From positions 1-53,137 of the IMG/VR virus record IMGVR_UViG_3300043443_000196: a stretch of DNA of 53,137 nucleotides. One strand, written 5' to 3'. Each line of letters starts with the position of its first letter. The stretch's first letter is position 1. The notes beneath the pieces are model-generated. The model saw nothing but the letters and a program-made list of their open reading frames with translations. It had not been told where the DNA came from and searched no databases. Shown here piece by piece: positions 1-8,991 of this stretch. Origin of the DNA: a virus (taxonomy: Duplodnaviria; Caudoviricetes). The position numbers were made by a program, and so were the translations under genes.

Positions 1-247
1 CATCAACCGTGAGTTCCATTTCAGTCAAACAGTTCTTACCGTTGATGGAATTGATCAACTGCGGTTTGTTGACATTACGGTATGGCTTACCAAAGATAGA
101 AAAGCAAACCAGATCAAGCAGAACGGATTTACCATGACCATTCTTACCGACGATCAACGTTGACGGATGTTTATCCAAATACCAAGTAGTTGGGGAGTTG
201 CCGTAACTGAGGAAGTTCTTTGCTGTAATTGTCTTGAAAATAATCAT
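1..247 (-). CDS. 46: Recombination endonuclease subunit gp46 (Rad50/SbcC-like ATPase), N-terminal part, runs off the window
   Basis: Not in the ORF track. Manual translation from ATG at 247 (ATGA overlap with the gp47 stop) gives MIIFKTITAKNFLSYGNSPTTWYLDKHPSTLIVGKNGHGKS..., with KNFLS and Walker A GxNGxGKS; directly follows gp47. Confidence 0.93.
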   Translation of the reverse strand, partial: MIIFKTITAKNFLSYGNSPTTWYLDKHPSTLIVGKNGHGKSVLLDLVCFSIFGKPYRNVNKPQLINSINGKNCLTEMELTVD

Positions 248-1284
248 AGAGTCAGTGCTTCATTATACAGGGACTTCATGTAAGTCTTGATCTTATCTTT
301 ATCTAGATTAGTCGTAATGCTATCGATGTAGCTATCAATTATAGCCGCAGAATCTTCCAAGTCAATCGTTTCTTCTACTTCTCCGTCCTTAAAATCATCC
401 AGGTTCTCAATGATCGACAGATCATGCGTTCCGACTAACTTGATGCTGTCAATAAATCGCTCGTACAAATAAAGATCAGACTTCTCCTGCACAACTACCT
501 TAACGATACAATCCTTCAACGAATCAATATCACCGGACCAGCCATTGTTGTAGTGAACTCGGCGGAATATCGTGTAAGGATTCTCTATGAATTTCAACGA
601 GCCAGTCTTTGTGTCTAGAACATGAAAACCCTTTGGATCAGCGAAGTCACTCCAGGTAATTTCATATGGAGTTCCAGTGTAAGTTATGTTGCCTTTATTT
701 GAACGATGGTGATAATGACCGGAGAATACCATGTCGTATCGATCAAACAACGCAGGTGACAATCCTCCATGAGAACCTTCAGCACCTCTGTACATCGCAA
801 AACCAGCAATCTCAAAGTGACCAAGGCAATACTTGCTGATTTTCTTTCTATTCAGAAACTCAGTCACCTCGTCTTGATTGTCTGCACAAATCCAAGGAAT
901 AATATCGAATGACTCAACGGTAGTCGGAGCATCATACAATTTAATACAGTCAGAGTATTCACCCAGTAGAAGGTTTGGGCTATTGATCGACAGAGTGTTC
1001 TTGTGATAGATGTCATGATTTCCAAGAAGAACATGCATCGTATAACCGTTTTCTCGCAGCGGATCAAACCATGATGCCTTGCTATTATGCAGTGCCTTCA
1101 GAGAAACATGAGTTCGTTGATCAAACAAATCACCAAGTTGATAGATCTCTTTGATTCCATTATCCTTCATGTAAGGATACAGGAGTTCAGTGAAAAAGGT
1201 ATTGAATAAGCTGGAAAATCTCGTAGAACCGTTTCTCGCGCCAAGATGCGCGTCTCCTAACAATATAACTTTACTCATCTTCAA
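244..1284 (-). CDS. 47: Recombination endonuclease subunit gp47 (Mre11/SbcD-like phosphoesterase)
   Basis: GDAHLG, LGDLFD, GNHD and SGHYH metallophosphoesterase motifs; lies between gp55 and gp46. Confidence 0.95.
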   Translation of the reverse strand: MKMSKVILLGDAHLGARNGSTRFSSLFNTFFTELLYPYMKDNGIKEIYQLGDLFDQRTHVSLKALHNSKASWFDPLRENGYTMHVLLGNHDIYHKNTLSINSPNLLLGEYSDCIKLYDAPTTVESFDIIPWICADNQDEVTEFLNRKKISKYCLGHFEIAGFAMYRGAEGSHGGLSPALFDRYDMVFSGHYHHRSNKGNITYTGTPYEITWSDFADPKGFHVLDTKTGSLKFIENPYTIFRRVHYNNGWSGDIDSLKDCIVKVVVQEKSDLYLYERFIDSIKLVGTHDLSIIENLDDFKDGEVEETIDLEDSAAIIDSYIDSITTNLDKDKIKTYMKSLYNEALTL

Positions 1285-1828
1285 ACAGAGAATTCAATGA
1301 ATCCAGGTTTTTCTTGGTTTCTTTTTTCTTTGGAATATCCAACGATGAAACATCAATATCACTCAGATACTGAATCAGTGGCATAACAAACCCTTCGTCG
1401 TCATCATGAGATTGAAGCTCATAAAGTTCAATCGCTGAATTCATCAGAATACGCTTCTTCGTGATAGTCTGTTTCTTTTCCTTTTGAATCTGATGGATAA
1501 AGGAGAAGAAACAGGCTTGTGTGAAGTATGAGAACGGATTCCTCGACTTGGTTGGATCAAAGGAATGCATATGCTTGATGCAGTCTTCAATCGCAGCTGA
1601 CATCATATCGTCGATGTAAGAGTAGTTTCTGAAGTTACTCTTTGTAGCCAAACCTTTTGCGATCTTCTTGACGCATTCACCGAGGTAGTTGCTTATCTGA
1701 GGCTTTTCTTCGCCTCGTTCTTTAGCAGCCTTGTATGCATAATGATACTTGGTGATCTCATCGTAGAACTTGTCGTTATCGATGTAGTGGTTGGGCTTGT
1801 TTGGATTGACAGGTTTCTGGACGTTCAT
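1271..1828 (-). CDS. 55: Late transcription sigma factor gp55
   Basis: HYIDN..FY, NFRNYSYIDDM and NPFSYFTQ...IQKEKKQ motifs typical of gp55. Confidence 0.95.
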   Translation of the reverse strand: MNVQKPVNPNKPNHYIDNDKFYDEITKYHYAYKAAKERGEEKPQISNYLGECVKKIAKGLATKSNFRNYSYIDDMMSAAIEDCIKHMHSFDPTKSRNPFSYFTQACFFSFIHQIQKEKKQTITKKRILMNSAIELYELQSHDDDEGFVMPLIQYLSDIDVSSLDIPKKKETKKNLDSLNSLFEDE

Positions 1829-1854
1829 ATGAGAAAGGTAGTTACGTTTCCGTA

Positions 1855-1883
1855 ATTATGCCTGCATAAGCATAGGAAGTAAA
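1855..1883 (-). promoter_or_regulatory. Candidate sigma70-type early promoter for gp55-47-46
   Basis: Minus strand TTTACT-N17-CATAAT, preceded by an A-rich tract, ending 27 nt upstream of the gp55 ATG. Confidence 0.55.
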
Positions 1884-1909
1884 ATAAACTTTATTCCGAA
1901 GTTTATTTT
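1881..1909. other. AT-rich inverted repeat (11 bp stem, 7 nt loop)
   Basis: AAAATAAACTT-TATTCCG-AAGTTTATTTT in the uvsW-gp55 intergenic region; possible terminator or operator. Confidence 0.45.
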
Positions 1910-1945
1910 TTCAGACCAAGAAATGTAGTAAAATCATTAATGTAG
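1902..1945. repeat. Dispersed intergenic repeat, copy 1
   Basis: TTTATTTTTT-N9-AAATGTAGTAAAATCATTAATGTAG; matches 16110-16153 with the same spacing, 24/25 identical in the core. Confidence 0.8.
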
Positions 1946-1955
1946 GTTGAAGATG

Positions 1956-3464
1956 TTAGAGGTCAATCTTTAACAACTCCCACTTGAACTGTTCTGAGTC
2001 ATATATCGATACTCGTTCTTGGAAGTGCTTTAGAGTCGTATTATTCCAAGTCTTATACGACAGATTATCAACGATATCGAACAGAGTGCACTTAGATTTA
2101 CCTGACTTCAGTCTCAATCCTCTGCCGATTGATTGACGGATCCGAATAGTCGACTTCGAGGGAACAGCAAAAATAATGTTCTCGATAGAAGGTATATTGA
2201 CTCCAGTACTGAACAATGAAGCAGTTGCTATGATGATCGAGGATTCCTCTTCGTCAACTGCATTTCTAATCATCTCCCGATCAGCAACATCAGTTCCACC
2301 GTGGATGAAGTGAACGCTTCTGTTTGATTTAGCCACTCTTTGCTTGATCAATTCATACAGAACAGCTCCGTGGCGTTCCACATAGTTGAACAAGATCAGA
2401 GTGTTTCCTTGGCAAGCATTGGCTAGGTTCGCAATGAACTTATTTCTTGCATCACTTGCAATGATAAACTCGACTTCATCCTGATATTTCATACCCTTCA
2501 TTTCTTTACGTACGTGTTCAGGGTAAGTCAACATCAGAGCTTTGATCTTTAGGTCAGTGACTTGACCCGCATCCATCAGCTGCTTCGTGGTGATCACTTT
2601 ATATATAGGACCCATCAATCCAATCAGGCACAGCTCATTGATCTTGTTGTTGTCGATAGTTCCGGTTGTTCCAGTTCTCCACTCGGTTTGATTGAACTTC
2701 TCCATTGTCTGGAGAACTGCAGTTGCCTTGTATGTATGCGCTTCGTCGAACAACGCAACGTCAACTTTGCTGACAAGATCCGCGAATTCTCTTGGCTGAT
2801 TTTTCATCATAGCAGTCAAACTTTGCCAAGTTGATATCATGACATTAGCCGTGAAGAGTTTTTCTTTTCCGGAGTAAAGAGTCTGCACGTTCTCGTCTAC
2901 TGCCCACCCATTATTAGATGAGTAGTCCTCGAAATCAGAATACAACTGTTCAACAAGCATTGTCGTAGGAACCACAACGAGAATCCTATGCCCAAACGTA
3001 TCTAGGTGGAATCGTATTTTGCTGTAGAGGATTAGACTCTTTCCAGAACTCGTTGGTGATAACAAAAGACTGCGTTTATTTTCAACCGATTTATGAACAG
3101 CCTGATACTGATAATCTCGAACTTCCAACTTGTTTCCACGAGCCGAAAGATTGAGAGAATCAATGAATTGCCTAATCTGTTCTTCAGTTACGTCAGTTGA
3201 TGTATCAATATTCTTATCTACAGAGAACTCGTAATTACGGTCTTTGCAGAATTTAACAAGGATGTTTAATAAACCCTTGTATATTGTTTTCTTACGAGAA
3301 TCGAATAGCGATATCTTTCCGTCCCAGATTTTAGCTTTCACCTTTGGGTGATACTTATATCCAGGGGCAAAGAATGTGAAGAAATCCTTTATTTCCTGTT
3401 CAATACCAAAATCATCAATGAAGACTCGCATATGAGTCTCATTAAATTGTTCAACCCTAATCAT
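1956..3464 (-). CDS. uvsW: UvsW RNA-DNA/DNA helicase (SF2)
   Basis: SPTSSGKS Walker A, DEAH and QSIGRGLR motifs; N-terminal F..PGYKY.P....WDGKI. Confidence 0.96.
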   Translation of the reverse strand: MIRVEQFNETHMRVFIDDFGIEQEIKDFFTFFAPGYKYHPKVKAKIWDGKISLFDSRKKTIYKGLLNILVKFCKDRNYEFSVDKNIDTSTDVTEEQIRQFIDSLNLSARGNKLEVRDYQYQAVHKSVENKRSLLLSPTSSGKSLILYSKIRFHLDTFGHRILVVVPTTMLVEQLYSDFEDYSSNNGWAVDENVQTLYSGKEKLFTANVMISTWQSLTAMMKNQPREFADLVSKVDVALFDEAHTYKATAVLQTMEKFNQTEWRTGTTGTIDNNKINELCLIGLMGPIYKVITTKQLMDAGQVTDLKIKALMLTYPEHVRKEMKGMKYQDEVEFIIASDARNKFIANLANACQGNTLILFNYVERHGAVLYELIKQRVAKSNRSVHFIHGGTDVADREMIRNAVDEEESSIIIATASLFSTGVNIPSIENIIFAVPSKSTIRIRQSIGRGLRLKSGKSKCTLFDIVDNLSYKTWNNTTLKHFQERVSIYDSEQFKWELLKIDL

Positions 3465-3895
3465 ACGCCTGCTCTAAACTTTTGGAACTCCACGATGTTT
3501 CTGATGTGAAAGCTCCTATTTCGTATTTCATTAATGACTGATTCTAGGAAGAAGATAACGCACTTCAGGTATTCAACTCGAGCCTGAATTTTTTGGACTT
3601 CAGAATCAGCATCAATCAATTGCTCGATATCGGACTTTAATGTCTTATATTGCCATTGTTCCCATTGGCGTTCCTCGAGTTCTTCTCGAGTCATCTCGCC
3701 TCGGAAATACTTGGCTTTTACCGATTTTAGTTGCGAATACTCGAACTGCGTCTTTGTCAGACGCAATTTATAATCCAGAAGGATGTTGAGGTATTTCGAG
3801 TGAAGGTGGGGCGACTGCGCAGCTGAGCGATCAGGGTTAATATCATCGATATTGCAGTCTTGTTCCCATTGGGACTTCAGTTCATCAAGGGTCAT
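3461..3895 (-). CDS. uvsY: UvsY recombination mediator
   Basis: W..D..ID, LHSKYL and C-terminal I.NR.F.I.N..EF.KF.AG pattern; adjacent to uvsW. Confidence 0.92.
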   Translation of the reverse strand: MTLDELKSQWEQDCNIDDINPDRSAAQSPHLHSKYLNILLDYKLRLTKTQFEYSQLKSVKAKYFRGEMTREELEERQWEQWQYKTLKSDIEQLIDADSEVQKIQARVEYLKCVIFFLESVINEIRNRSFHIRNIVEFQKFRAGV

Positions 3896-3912
3896 AATAT
3901 AGTTAGATTAGG

Positions 3913-4446
3913 TTAAAGTAAAGTGTAGTACGTATAATCAAACGTTACGCTTGCCCTCATATAGTTAACATCAGTGTTAGTGGATGTGAACGGAAGTGAT
4001 GACAAACTTGTTGGAAACGCATCAACGAACGTTATATTTTGAATCGGATTATTCGAGCTGTCAAGTATAGTTAGCGATGCATCAGAGTAGCCTTTTGCAA
4101 GTTCGCTATAAGAATTTGCGTTCTTGGCTGAATTCAGAAACCTAGTGTAAACTTCATGATTCTGTGGATAGCTAAGACCAATCATCCAGGCGTATATAGC
4201 TTTCCAGTTTTTGAATTCTTCATCAACCAGGAATGATAGAGTTAGCGAACCGTATTCTGCAGTTTCGCCTGGTATCTTAATATCGTGTACAGAAGATGCT
4301 TGCGTTATCGTTCCGATGGATATCGATGGCAATTCAACTTCTTGCGCGAAGAAGGTTACTTCCGGAAGTTTCTGAACAGAGAATAAGAAACCGTTTGGAT
4401 TAAGCGGATTGACGTTCTCTGGAAACGGGCATGTTAATACTGTCAT
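3913..4446 (-). CDS. 3: Tail completion / tube terminator gp3
   Basis: N.L.P.GF.F, F..Q.V.LP, FLVDE...NW and F.DAFPTSLS.L.F motifs. Confidence 0.9.
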   Translation of the reverse strand: MTVLTCPFPENVNPLNPNGFLFSVQKLPEVTFFAQEVELPSISIGTITQASSVHDIKIPGETAEYGSLTLSFLVDEEFKNWKAIYAWMIGLSYPQNHEVYTRFLNSAKNANSYSELAKGYSDASLTILDSSNNPIQNITFVDAFPTSLSSLPFTSTNTDVNYMRASVTFDYTYYTLL

Positions 4447-4865
4447 TTATCTTCCTCAACATACCTTTGGTTCGGTACTGGTTCCTCTGAGTATTTTGGT
4501 TTTGGCGTATACTCTATAGATGTTTTACTGACTTCATTATTCTTTGTATTATTTTTTTCTATAATAGCTTTGGCTAGATTTGTACCAGACCAGATTGCCA
4601 TATAGCTCAAAAATAACCATTCGCTAAGCCTGTTGCTCTTTGTTTCATGAACAATTATCCAAGTGGATATTATAAGAGCAACTATTTGACCAATTTTATA
4701 TAAAGAAACCTTGCCAGTGGCGGTGTCAATAATGATATCTTTTATATCAAATCGAACATCCGTTTTATAATGCCACCAAGACATTAGAAGGACTGATACT
4801 GTAACAGCTATTGATAAGGCAACAATATCTGGATTTTGGAATATTTTTTCTAATAGTTGTTGCAT
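4443..4865 (-). CDS. Small membrane protein, possible holin
   Basis: 140 aa with about three hydrophobic segments and a polar, charged C-terminal tail; own GGAGGA RBS and a late promoter motif upstream. Confidence 0.5.
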   Translation of the reverse strand: MQQLLEKIFQNPDIVALSIAVTVSVLLMSWWHYKTDVRFDIKDIIIDTATGKVSLYKIGQIVALIISTWIIVHETKSNRLSEWLFLSYMAIWSGTNLAKAIIEKNNTKNNEVSKTSIEYTPKPKYSEEPVPNQRYVEEDK

Positions 4866-4882
4866 AATTCCTCCGATTGTAT

Positions 4883-4889
4883 TATTTAG
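4883..4889 (-). promoter_or_regulatory. Candidate late promoter CTAAATA
   Basis: Variant of T4 TATAAATA, just downstream of the gp23 terminator. Confidence 0.6.
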
Positions 4890-4897
4890 CTGAAATG

Positions 4898-4921
4898 AAA
4901 AAGGGAGCCGAAGCTCCCTTT
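4898..4921 (-). terminator. Rho-independent terminator after gp23
   Basis: GGGAGC-TTCG-GCTCCC-TTTTT; C(UUCG)G tetraloop characteristic of T4-like terminators. Confidence 0.93.
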
Positions 4922-4939
4922 CGATACAATCAGTTCCGA

Positions 4940-6229
4940 TTACATCAGGTTTGTGACCTTGACCTTGCGGAAATAGATGTTCTGACCAGAAGTCATGCTG
5001 GTGAATGGGTTAGCAACGAAACCGTAGCGAGTGCGGAAAGCAATCTTAGGTTGGAAAGTTGCTGGATCAACAGCCTTGTACTGCTGCAGAGGAACGTATG
5101 GGCAATAGAATGCGCCAGCGTCGAAAGCAGAAGTGCCCTTATAGCCAACCATCAGGAACTGCTCAGGAGTCTGGTTAGCAGCATAAGGATCAACATAGAC
5201 CTTGTACTTGCCATTCAGAACACCAGCGAAAGTGTTGCTTGCTTCGTCAACGTTCAGGTTTGTGGACAGAGCAGGAGCATAGTCCAGAACACCAGCCATT
5301 GCCAGAGCGGAAGCTACGTCAGCAGAGCAGACGATGAAGTTACCGCGACCACGACGTGTTTGTTGATAGATTGCATTGGCTTCGCGTTCGATTTGGAACA
5401 GCAGACCCTTGAACTTCTCAACAGACCAACGACCATTGGAGTCAACGTCCAGGTCAAAAACGCCAGCACTAGCTGTACCAGTTTGAGCACCAACCTTAGC
5501 AGCGATGTAAACCTTACGGATAACTTCGCGGTTGATTTCAGCCAGAATTTCGTCCGACAGAATCTTGCTCAGTTCAGCTTCAGCAGACAGACCATGAACA
5601 GCCTTCAGATCTTGAGCCAGTTCAACAGAGTACTCAGCCTTCAGTGCACGGCTTTCAGCAGTGACGGAAGTCTTTTCGATGCTGAATGCCATTTGCTTGA
5701 ATGCCAGATTTGGGTTACCAGAACCTTGAGCTTCTGCTTCAGCAGTAGTGATAGGAGTACCGTTTGTATAAGTACCGCCGCCGATCAGATCGGCTGGGTT
5801 AGTACCTTGTTGGTCACCCTTACCGGACCAGTCGCTATCTGCTTCGTTGAACAGAGCTTCTGCGCCAGCTTGGTTGTCATACTTGCTCTTCATTGCGAAG
5901 ATCAGACCTGTAGGTTGAGTCATTGGCTGAACACCGCACATGTCATAAGCGATCATTGCAGGAGCAGCACGACGAACCAGGCTGATCAGGACTGGATCAT
6001 AGCCAGCCATGTTAGCATTGGTGCCAGCGCCACCCAGAGCAACACCTGTACCACCGGAGTTGGTAGGTGCATCTTCGAACAGAGCTTTGCGCTCTTCGAT
6101 AGCGGCTTTCTCTTGGTTCTCTAACAGCTGAGCGGTAACTTCCTTACGGTAGTTATCCTTGATCTGTGGCAGATCAGCATGCTCCAGAATAGGAGCCCAC
6201 TTTTTAACTAAATCTTGACGAGTTGTCAT
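4940..6229 (-). CDS. 23: Major capsid protein gp23
   Basis: KW.PIL, LLENQE, DPVLISLVRR, GVQPMTQPTGLIFAM, SRALKAEYS.ELAQDLKAVHG and FYCPYVPL motifs. Confidence 0.99.
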   Translation of the reverse strand: MTTRQDLVKKWAPILEHADLPQIKDNYRKEVTAQLLENQEKAAIEERKALFEDAPTNSGGTGVALGGAGTNANMAGYDPVLISLVRRAAPAMIAYDMCGVQPMTQPTGLIFAMKSKYDNQAGAEALFNEADSDWSGKGDQQGTNPADLIGGGTYTNGTPITTAEAEAQGSGNPNLAFKQMAFSIEKTSVTAESRALKAEYSVELAQDLKAVHGLSAEAELSKILSDEILAEINREVIRKVYIAAKVGAQTGTASAGVFDLDVDSNGRWSVEKFKGLLFQIEREANAIYQQTRRGRGNFIVCSADVASALAMAGVLDYAPALSTNLNVDEASNTFAGVLNGKYKVYVDPYAANQTPEQFLMVGYKGTSAFDAGAFYCPYVPLQQYKAVDPATFQPKIAFRTRYGFVANPFTSMTSGQNIYFRKVKVTNLM

Positions 6230-6256
6230 TTTTTAACTTCTTTCTTGTTAAGTTGA

Positions 6257-7120
6257 TTATTTGACACCAAGAGCACTTACATAACGTGCCATGATTGGGT
6301 CAATGGTTGCTTCTTCTTTCAATTCAACTGGAGCATCTGTTACAACAGACTCAACCACAGTTGATTTTGCTTTTGGAGCTTTCACGAAATTCTCTATAAC
6401 TAATTCGAGTTTCTTAGCGAAAGTCTCTTCATCATCATATGCTAATTCTTCTGCCAGTTGCTTGAAACGCTCAGATTCCAGATCAGAAAGATCTTTCGAT
6501 GCTTCTTGGATCTGCTTCTCTTTTGCGATTTCTTTGAACTTTGCTTCATATTCAGCATTCTTCGCGGTTGACTCAGCTAACTGTTGTTCAAGTTCGGTAG
6601 CCTTTGCATCCAACGACTCAAGTACATCAAGCTCTTGTTCTGGAACATTAACATAATGCTCTTCGAACAGATCCTTCATACCAGACACGAAACTCTCAAA
6701 CAATTCGGCTTTAATGCCGCGATCAAGGGCAAGCTCATTCTTTTGCATCCACTGCTCGACTACGTAGTCGAGATAACCATCAACTTTATCAACAAGACCC
6801 TCTTTTAGCTCTTCAGACTCTGTTAGAGCCTGTTCTTCTAAACTCTTTTGCACGTTAGCCATTTCTTGCTTCACACGTGCAGCAACGGCAGCTTCAAACA
6901 GTTCAGCTGCCTTGCCCTTAAATTCTTCTGTGAACTCTTCACCCTCGAACAAAGATCCTAGGTCGATCTTTGATACTTCTTGAGGGATAACTTCTTCTGC
7001 TACTGCGGTTGTTTCTTCAACAACTTCTTCAGCAGCTGTTTCTTCAGCAACTTCACTGACGGTTTCTTCCAGTTTCTTGGCTTCTTCCATCAGTTGTGCG
7101 ATTTTTTGTTCGATTGACAT
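6257..7120 (-). CDS. 22: Prohead core scaffold protein gp22
   Basis: Acidic coiled coil; EEFK.KA..LFEAAV, VDGYLDYVVEQW and C-terminal M..YVSAL. Confidence 0.95.
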   Translation of the reverse strand: MSIEQKIAQLMEEAKKLEETVSEVAEETAAEEVVEETTAVAEEVIPQEVSKIDLGSLFEGEEFTEEFKGKAAELFEAAVAARVKQEMANVQKSLEEQALTESEELKEGLVDKVDGYLDYVVEQWMQKNELALDRGIKAELFESFVSGMKDLFEEHYVNVPEQELDVLESLDAKATELEQQLAESTAKNAEYEAKFKEIAKEKQIQEASKDLSDLESERFKQLAEELAYDDEETFAKKLELVIENFVKAPKAKSTVVESVVTDAPVELKEEATIDPIMARYVSALGVK

Positions 7121-7145
7121 ATATGGTTCCTTTACCTGTATATTA

Positions 7146-7152
7146 TATTTAG
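7146..7152 (-). promoter_or_regulatory. Candidate late promoter CTAAATA upstream of gp22
   Basis: Intergenic, about 26 nt upstream of the ATG. Confidence 0.65.
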
Positions 7153-7243
7153 TGTTTATTTATTTTTGCCGAGAGTACTCGTTTTGACAATTTGTCAATT
7201 TATGCCGAATACACGGCATAAACACCATCAACGATTTGATATC

Positions 7244-7876
7244 TCACTTAATATCCCTCAAGAATTTTTGAAACATCTCAAGTGTTTTATCTTCTGTCAA
7301 CTTTGTGCGTTGCATCTGTTTCTTTAGTGATTCGACTATACGCCCATCATCAGTAATCAACCATTCCGCGCTCTCATTGACTGCATTCACCCAGCAATCA
7401 ATACCGGAAGGATCGCTAACCACATCAATTGCAGTTAACATATAATCTTTTCCAACATACATTGTTCCTGCTTTTTCAGAAACACTACCAAGACCTCTTG
7501 TAGAAACACCAAGCTGAACACCACCTTCTAACAAACCTTTAACGATTTGACCTTGTGGCGTATTCAGAATCTTGGCTTTACCCATCACATCATTACCTTC
7601 CATTTGGAACTTGGTGATAAGATGGCTAGCGAATTCTGGTTTTACAGTTGGTCTATTCTCTGGGTGAGATAATTCACCCAGAGCTCTTTTTGATTGTACG
7701 AATTCAGAAACGTATTTGTTGACAGCAGATTCCATGATCTGCTTCTCGTAGATACGTCCGTTTCTGTTTTTCTTTTCAGCTTGAGCGAAAATGCCTTCGA
7801 TGAATAGCTGCTTGTCTATTCCCTCAGTCAGCAAACGAACTTCACTGAAATCCGTTGATTCTCTTAGAAATTTCAT
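7244..7876 (-). CDS. 21: Prohead protease gp21
   Basis: IEGIF.QAE.KNRNGRIY, ALGEL.HP, GVSTRGLGS and D.V.DPS motifs. Confidence 0.97.
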   Translation of the reverse strand: MKFLRESTDFSEVRLLTEGIDKQLFIEGIFAQAEKKNRNGRIYEKQIMESAVNKYVSEFVQSKRALGELSHPENRPTVKPEFASHLITKFQMEGNDVMGKAKILNTPQGQIVKGLLEGGVQLGVSTRGLGSVSEKAGTMYVGKDYMLTAIDVVSDPSGIDCWVNAVNESAEWLITDDGRIVESLKKQMQRTKLTEDKTLEMFQKFLRDIK

Positions 7877-8283
7877 TATTGTCCTACCTGAGTTGGATCA
7901 TCGTTTGGACCATATGCGTATGGCTCAATCTTAGATCTGTAGCCGCTGAGTTTTCTTAATGTCAGGAAAACCGTGCCGCCAGTTGTGATGTTAACAACGA
8001 TATCACTGGTTCCTTGTGTGGCGTCTAACATACCACCGTTACCGTTAAGATCAAACCATCCAGAGTCATTCTGTAGCTCGAAAACGTTAACTGAATTTCT
8101 AGTTATATCAGCCGTTCCTCTCAGAGACCACTGGATTTGCCCAATACCAACGGTTGGGGTTCCTTGAATAATCTGAGTTGGTGATAACAGATCTGAGTTT
8201 AGAGTGATTGTGGAAGAACCGGATCCGGATATCTTTACGATAGCCACGCCTTCGGTTAACTTCATAATGGTTTTAGTTGCCAT
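7876..8283 (-). CDS. Hypothetical beta-rich protein, probably head-associated
   Basis: 135 aa ORF translationally coupled to gp21 within the head cluster. Confidence 0.7.
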   Translation of the reverse strand: MATKTIMKLTEGVAIVKISGSGSSTITLNSDLLSPTQIIQGTPTVGIGQIQWSLRGTADITRNSVNVFELQNDSGWFDLNGNGGMLDATQGTSDIVVNITTGGTVFLTLRKLSGYRSKIEPYAYGPNDDPTQVGQ

Positions 8284-8774
8284 TAATAGATTCCTTCAAG
8301 AATTTCTTTTAGATTTTCCGCTGATTTTTTGCCGTGTTCAAGAAGTTCATTATCGAATAGTTTCAATAAATCCATTTCTCTTTCACTCAGAGCTACAATG
8401 TCATTATTCTCAAGCACAAATATGTATTTATTTAGAATAGAATCGCCAGTCATACGCAATTCTAACACAGCAGGATCGTTTGTTAGTTTCTTAGATGAAG
8501 CGCACGAAATGCAGTTATGTAAAATACTTTCCGTTACTTTTTCTTTATGCTGCTTAATAATTACTATTGCTCGCTTAGTATCGTATATTTCTTCTCTTAA
8601 AGAACTTAATGCTTCTTTTTTCGCTTCTATTTTTTGCTTCAACAAATCGTGCGCTTCATCTAAGGAACTAATATAAACTCGTTCCTCATTCAAATACCAG
8701 TCGGAATCAATGCGAATGCAAACTTCCCCATCAATTAAATGAAGTTCAGTTTGCTCTTCTATGATATCATTCAT
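8283..8774 (-). CDS. Hypothetical protein at the gp68 position
   Basis: 163 aa ORF overlapping both neighbours, between gp67-like and gp21. Confidence 0.65.
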   Translation of the reverse strand: MNDIIEEQTELHLIDGEVCIRIDSDWYLNEERVYISSLDEAHDLLKQKIEAKKEALSSLREEIYDTKRAIVIIKQHKEKVTESILHNCISCASSKKLTNDPAVLELRMTGDSILNKYIFVLENNDIVALSEREMDLLKLFDNELLEHGKKSAENLKEILEGIY

Positions 8775-8991
8775 TTTCTGTTGATTCTTCCGATTCGATT
8801 TCTTCTTCAGGGACTTCTTCTAGTCTCTCGCCACCAAACAATGACGAAGATATTTCCTGTTTTCTAAATTCAATAGCAGATGCAATCTTCTGATTCATCA
8901 AAGAATCAAAATTTGTCATAATAGATTCGCTATCGCCAGAACTGATAGCATCAATTAAACCACGGATTTCTTCGTTCATATTAAGCTCCAT
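8767..8991 (-). CDS. 67: Prohead core protein gp67-like
   Basis: LIDAI.SGD....F...M..KI...IE.RK.EI..S followed by an acidic tail; directly after the portal gene. Confidence 0.75.
   Translation of the reverse strand: MELNMNEEIRGLIDAISSGDSESIMTNFDSLMNQKIASAIEFRKQEISSSLFGGERLEEVPEEEIESEESTENE

Noticed and set aside
4877-6124. 415-aa plus-strand ORF
   Set aside because: Antisense shadow of the codon-biased gp23; no recognisable motifs.
7184-7198. TTGACA as a sigma70 promoter
   Set aside because: No -10 hexamer at 16-18 nt spacing on either strand; retained only as a palindrome.
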